Made by a program: the position numbers and the translations under genes | From: an uncultured Acidobacteriota bacterium | GTDB taxonomy: Bacteria > Acidobacteriota > UBA6911 > RPQK01 > JAPXNP01 | NCBI GenBank assembly: GCA_963777605.1 | Contig: CAVZRV010000007.1 | Coordinates: forward strand, 480,001-544,000 | DNA length: 64,000 nt | Reading direction: 5' to 3' | Notes under the pieces: generated by a model | Databases searched by the model: none | Told to the model about the DNA's origin: nothing | The model's input: the letters and a program-made list of their open reading frames with translations, nothing else | Part shown: in pieces, positions 60,711 through 64,000 of the stretch | Position numbering within the stretch: position 1 is the first letter of the stretch | Layout of the letters: every line of letters starts with the position of its first letter

Positions 60711-60799
60711 CCGGGCTTCCCAGCCTGGCAGGTCAGCCGGGCTTCCAGCCCGGAGTGGGGCAACCGTCAGGCTGGCCCGCCAGGCAGGATGCCTGGCGG
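60711..60799. repeat. REP-like nested palindromes
   Basis: CCGGGCT-TCC-AGCCCGG nested inside CAGCCTG...CAGGCTG, followed by CCGCCAGGCA-GGA-TGCCTGGCGG. Confidence 0.65.
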
Positions 60800-60866
60800 A
60801 CATCTCAGGCAAGGATGCCTGGATTACTCTGGTGGCGTCTGATTGGGTTAAGGTCAGAGGATTCTT

Positions 60867-61211
60867 ATGACTCCTGGACGCATTCTGCGCGCAGTCAAGA
60901 TCGTTCACACCATCGCCTGGGCTTTCTTTGCCGGGTGCATTCTGGCCATCCCCCTGTTCGTCGTTCGCGAAGAACTGTTCACCGCACTGGTCCTGATCGC
61001 GATCGTCCTGGGGGAGGTCTTCATCATTCTGGCCAACCGCTGGCGCTGCCCTCTCACCGACGTCGCCGCACGTTACACGGACAATCGGGCTGACAACTTC
61101 GACATCTACCTCCCCCTCTGGCTGGCTCGTTACAACAAGCAGGTCTTCGGAACCATCTTCGTCCTCGACATCCTCTACACGCTGGGAAAGTGGCAGAACT
61201 GGCTCGCATAG
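60867..61211 (+). CDS. Small conserved membrane protein
   Basis: GAGGA RBS, three hydrophobic segments, K.VHT..W, N.WRCPLT..A.RYT and NFDIYLP.WLA.YNK motifs. Confidence 0.8.
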   Translation: MTPGRILRAVKIVHTIAWAFFAGCILAIPLFVVREELFTALVLIAIVLGEVFIILANRWRCPLTDVAARYTDNRADNFDIYLPLWLARYNKQVFGTIFVLDILYTLGKWQNWLA

Positions 61212-61438
61212 AGCGCCGCTCGTGAAGGGCGAAGGAATCCCAAGAAGATCTTCTTCCGATCGTCGGTTCCGGTATTCATGGAAGGTAGACGTTGTTTCCT
61301 CCCAGAGAGTACTCACCACGCAGAAGACCGACTCCACGGAGTCGATCGGGACCACATCATTCGCGACACCTTGATCTCACCCCGAATGATCGGGATCAGC
61401 AACCACCGTTGGACCGAGTGTTTCCCGGTCCCGGGCTG

Positions 61439-62221
61439 TCAAACGGGGCGGATCACCGCTAACGGGAGATTGTCGATGAGGCGGACATTGCCAATGCGGA
61501 CAGCAGCCAGGCGGCGACCCCCGAACTCTTCCACGTAGTCGACACCAAACCCCGCCGCCTCAAGCTGAGCCTTGATCTCTTCGCAGGTTCCCGGCATTCC
61601 CAGAATCCGGGGAAATCGCGCGGCGATCTCTCGCTGTTCCGGGAACAGCCTCGAGTTTCGCGAACTCAGCGCCAGGCCATCCCGGTCCCGCACAATCGGG
61701 CAAGGAATGATTTCCGTGTCGATGAAAAGGTTCGCGCGCCATGTCTCTGACAAGGAGATATTGCTGGTAATCCTTCTCGCCGAAGTAGGCCCGGTCCGCC
61801 TTGACGAGGTTGAGCAGCTTCAGAACGATTGTGAGCACGCCTTCAAAATGTCCCGGCCGGTTACGGCCACAGAGCCGGCCGCTCAAATCGCTTTCAGTGA
61901 CCCGATAACGATATCCGTCCGGGTAAACCGATTCCGGGGAGGGAGCGAACAGGAAATCAACACCGGATCCCCGCGCTTTCTCCGGCGTCCGTCCTCGAAT
62001 GTCCTCGGGTATGAGGAGAGGTCGTTCGGATCATCGAACTGGACCGGATTCACGAAGATCGTCATGACAACCAGGTCATTCTCGTCCCGGCATCGTTTCA
62101 CCAGGGAGAGATGACCGGCGTGCAAACTGCCCATGGTCGGCACAAGCCCGACCGATTTGCCTTCGAAAACATCCGTTCCGCGGAGGCTCCGCCATTCATC
62201 CACCTCGGCAATGATTCGCAT
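61439..62221 (-). CDS. panC: Pantoate--beta-alanine ligase, split into three ORFs by apparent insertions
   Basis: [45 protein letters not shown] and VRLIDN motifs distributed over three frames. Confidence 0.92.
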
Positions 62222-63018
62222 CAGCGGTATGACTCCGTCTCGGAGGGGAATTCGCCACCCTCAACGTCCCGGCAATAGCCGTTCACGGCGTCCCGGATCA
62301 AACGACCGCCATCGAGGTATTCGCGGACGAATCGCGGCTTGGTCATGGACGATAATCCGAGCAGGTCCTGCAGCACCAGGACCTGACCGTCACAGTCAGC
62401 ACCAGCTCCGATCCCGATCGTAGGAATCGTCAACTCTCTTGACACACGGGCCGACAGTCCCATCGGTACACACTCGAGAACGAGCGCGAAACACCCGGCT
62501 TCTTCCAACTCGTGGGCCTGCCTTGCTACCGCCTCCGCCTGCTCATCGGTCTTGCCCTGAACGCGATAGCCTCCCAGGCGGTGAACCGATTGGGGCGTCA
62601 GGCCCAGGTGTCCCATCACCGGAATCCCCGACTCGACCAGGTGTTGGATAACATCGTTGTGACCCACGACACCCTCAACCTTGACGGCTTGCGCACCTGC
62701 CCGCAGCAGAGGACCCGCCGCCCGAACCGCATCGCCGACCCCGGTTCGCGTCGAAAGGAAGGGCATGTCGGCGGCTACGAACTTTTCGGGTGCACCGCGT
62801 CGAACTGCTTCGACGTGACCAGCCATCATCTCGACGGTTGCCGGAATCGTCGTCGTGTGCCCGTGCATGACCATTGCCGCACTGTCACCGACCAGCAGGC
62901 AGTCCACGGGCGTCTCACCCAGAATTCGGGCTGACCAAAAATCGTAACAGGTCAAAACCGTAATCCGCTTCCGGTTGCGTTTTGCCTCCAGGAAGTCTGT
63001 TGCCGTCTTAATCTCCAC
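62221..63018 (-). CDS. panB: 3-methyl-2-oxobutanoate hydroxymethyltransferase
   Basis: [25 protein letters not shown] and IGIGAG...DGQVLV motifs. Confidence 0.97.
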   Translation of the reverse strand: MEIKTATDFLEAKRNRKRITVLTCYDFWSARILGETPVDCLLVGDSAAMVMHGHTTTIPATVEMMAGHVEAVRRGAPEKFVAADMPFLSTRTGVGDAVRAAGPLLRAGAQAVKVEGVVGHNDVIQHLVESGIPVMGHLGLTPQSVHRLGGYRVQGKTDEQAEAVARQAHELEEAGCFALVLECVPMGLSARVSRELTIPTIGIGAGADCDGQVLVLQDLLGLSSMTKPRFVREYLDGGRLIRDAVNGYCRDVEGGEFPSETESYR

Positions 63019-63745
63019 GACTCCACTCTCCCAAACCGAGGGCCTTCAGAAATCCCTCGTACACATTTCGGTAGGGATCTTCGCCAAGTGCCTCCAGATT
63101 GCGCTCGACCGTTCCCCTGTCCCGGCGGACCAGCGGCCCGGTTACCGGATTGACCCGGGAGTTCATCAAATTCAGGCAGATCCGCTCCATGTAGGGATAC
63201 GCCACCTCCCGCGGCAGCCTCAGTTTCCCCTCGAAATCTCCGAAGACCTTCGCCCAGAGCAAGCTTGTGAAGTTGCCGCTCAAAACACAAAGTGCATGAT
63301 ACAAAGGCTTTTCCGCAGGATCGAGATAGTAGTGGGGATTAGGCAACCCGGGGAGCAGTTCTTCAAAGGTACGCTTTCCCTTCTCGACGACAAACGGAAT
63401 CCGGCGGTAACTCTCTACCGGGTAGAGTTCTTCGGTGAACGTCATCAATGGATGGGCGCCCTGCGCAAGGGAGGTTATGAGGCTGCCGGAACAATGGACG
63501 CAGACCTTCCCCTCAAAGAGGGGGCGGTTCGCTGCGAGAAACTCCCCGATGGCGTCATCGCTGATCACGACCAAGACGTGAGTCGCGTCGTTGAGCGCTC
63601 GTTCCAGGTCCGGGACGTACGCCTCCGCCAGGGACTCCCGATCGGGTGTCCGGCGTCCCCAGCAAGTGAAAGGAAGGGAGAGGGAGTTCAGATAGCAGGC
63701 CAAATGACCAGCCAGTCTCCCACAACCGATTATCGCGTACTGCAT
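63008..63745 (-). CDS. Rossmann-like/DUF2520 oxidoreductase (candidate alternative ketopantoate reductase)
   Basis: IIGCGRLA, HCSGS, HPLMTF, YHA.CV.SGNF and TGPLVR.D motifs; coupled to panB. Confidence 0.85.
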   Translation of the reverse strand: MQYAIIGCGRLAGHLACYLNSLSLPFTCWGRRTPDRESLAEAYVPDLERALNDATHVLVVISDDAIGEFLAANRPLFEGKVCVHCSGSLITSLAQGAHPLMTFTEELYPVESYRRIPFVVEKGKRTFEELLPGLPNPHYYLDPAEKPLYHALCVLSGNFTSLLWAKVFGDFEGKLRLPREVAYPYMERICLNLMNSRVNPVTGPLVRRDRGTVERNLEALGEDPYRNVYEGFLKALGLGEWSRGD

Positions 63746-63926
63746 TCCTTTCCCAGCCTTCTCCCAATAGGATACGCCTATGATCGGATTTGGGGGACTG
63801 GCAGGCCCGAAGGATTTGGAGGGTTCCGCTCTGGCCCTGGTGTCCTAATGGTCGCCTCAGTCCCAAAGGTCCCAAGAAGCCAATCACGAAACAGCCAAAA
63901 CCACACAACAACCGGGGACGGCTCTC

Positions 63927-64000
63927 CTATGCCTGCCAGATGCGAGAGCGCTGGAGATCTCCCGAGAGGATCTCCAATGCCGTGTTGGCATTCTCGATCA
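63927..64000 (-). CDS. 3' end of an upstream CDS entering from the window edge
   Basis: Open frame IENANTALEILSGDLQRSRIWQA*; too short to identify. Confidence 0.35.
   Translation of the reverse strand, partial: IENANTALEILSGDLQRSRIWQA

Noticed and set aside
61218-61241. GCTCGTGAAGGG...AATCCC as the attR copy of the tRNA-Leu 3' end
   Set aside because: Only about 7 nt match exactly; no convincing tRNA 3' duplication was found, so the island's right boundary is undefined.

Overview
A bacterial chromosomal window of roughly 60% GC by eye. The gene content suggests an Acidobacteriota-like diderm (inference only). Bases 1-50.9 kb are clean core and envelope genome: a GH3 glycosidase, a surface-polysaccharide mini-cluster, efp, a Crp/Fnr-YwiC module, an orphan ParA, an M16 peptidase pair, tilS-ftsH-folP-cdaA-cdaR-rfaE2-mfd with two PPIases, tRNA-Met, hemL, carD, and a 14-kb eight-gene MoxR/DUF58/vWA/TPR-peptidase envelope operon. 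Downstream of tRNA-Leu(CAA), about 51-61.3 kb is an accessory mosaic. It contains a minus-strand prophage or satellite relic (DnaC-like ATPase, DUF1064-like nuclease, HNH tail, cos-like tract). That relic is interrupted by an inverted-type integron: intI transcribed toward a downstream attI, then a DUF5661 cassette with a crippled attC, then a DUF4932 peptidase. The island also holds a strongly promoted, unrecognised structured RNA, a PAS hybrid kinase and duplicated gene fragments. The window ends in the pan operon. The frameshifts I could resolve by homology lie right of 53 kb and all can be read as single-base insertions, which suggests read error rather than decay. The best novelty candidates are the integron inside the phage relic, the RNA at 57.2 kb, a hammerhead-like fold at 8.3 kb and the MoxR envelope operon. 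No CRISPR array or rRNA was seen. All family assignments are by eye; no database searches were run.
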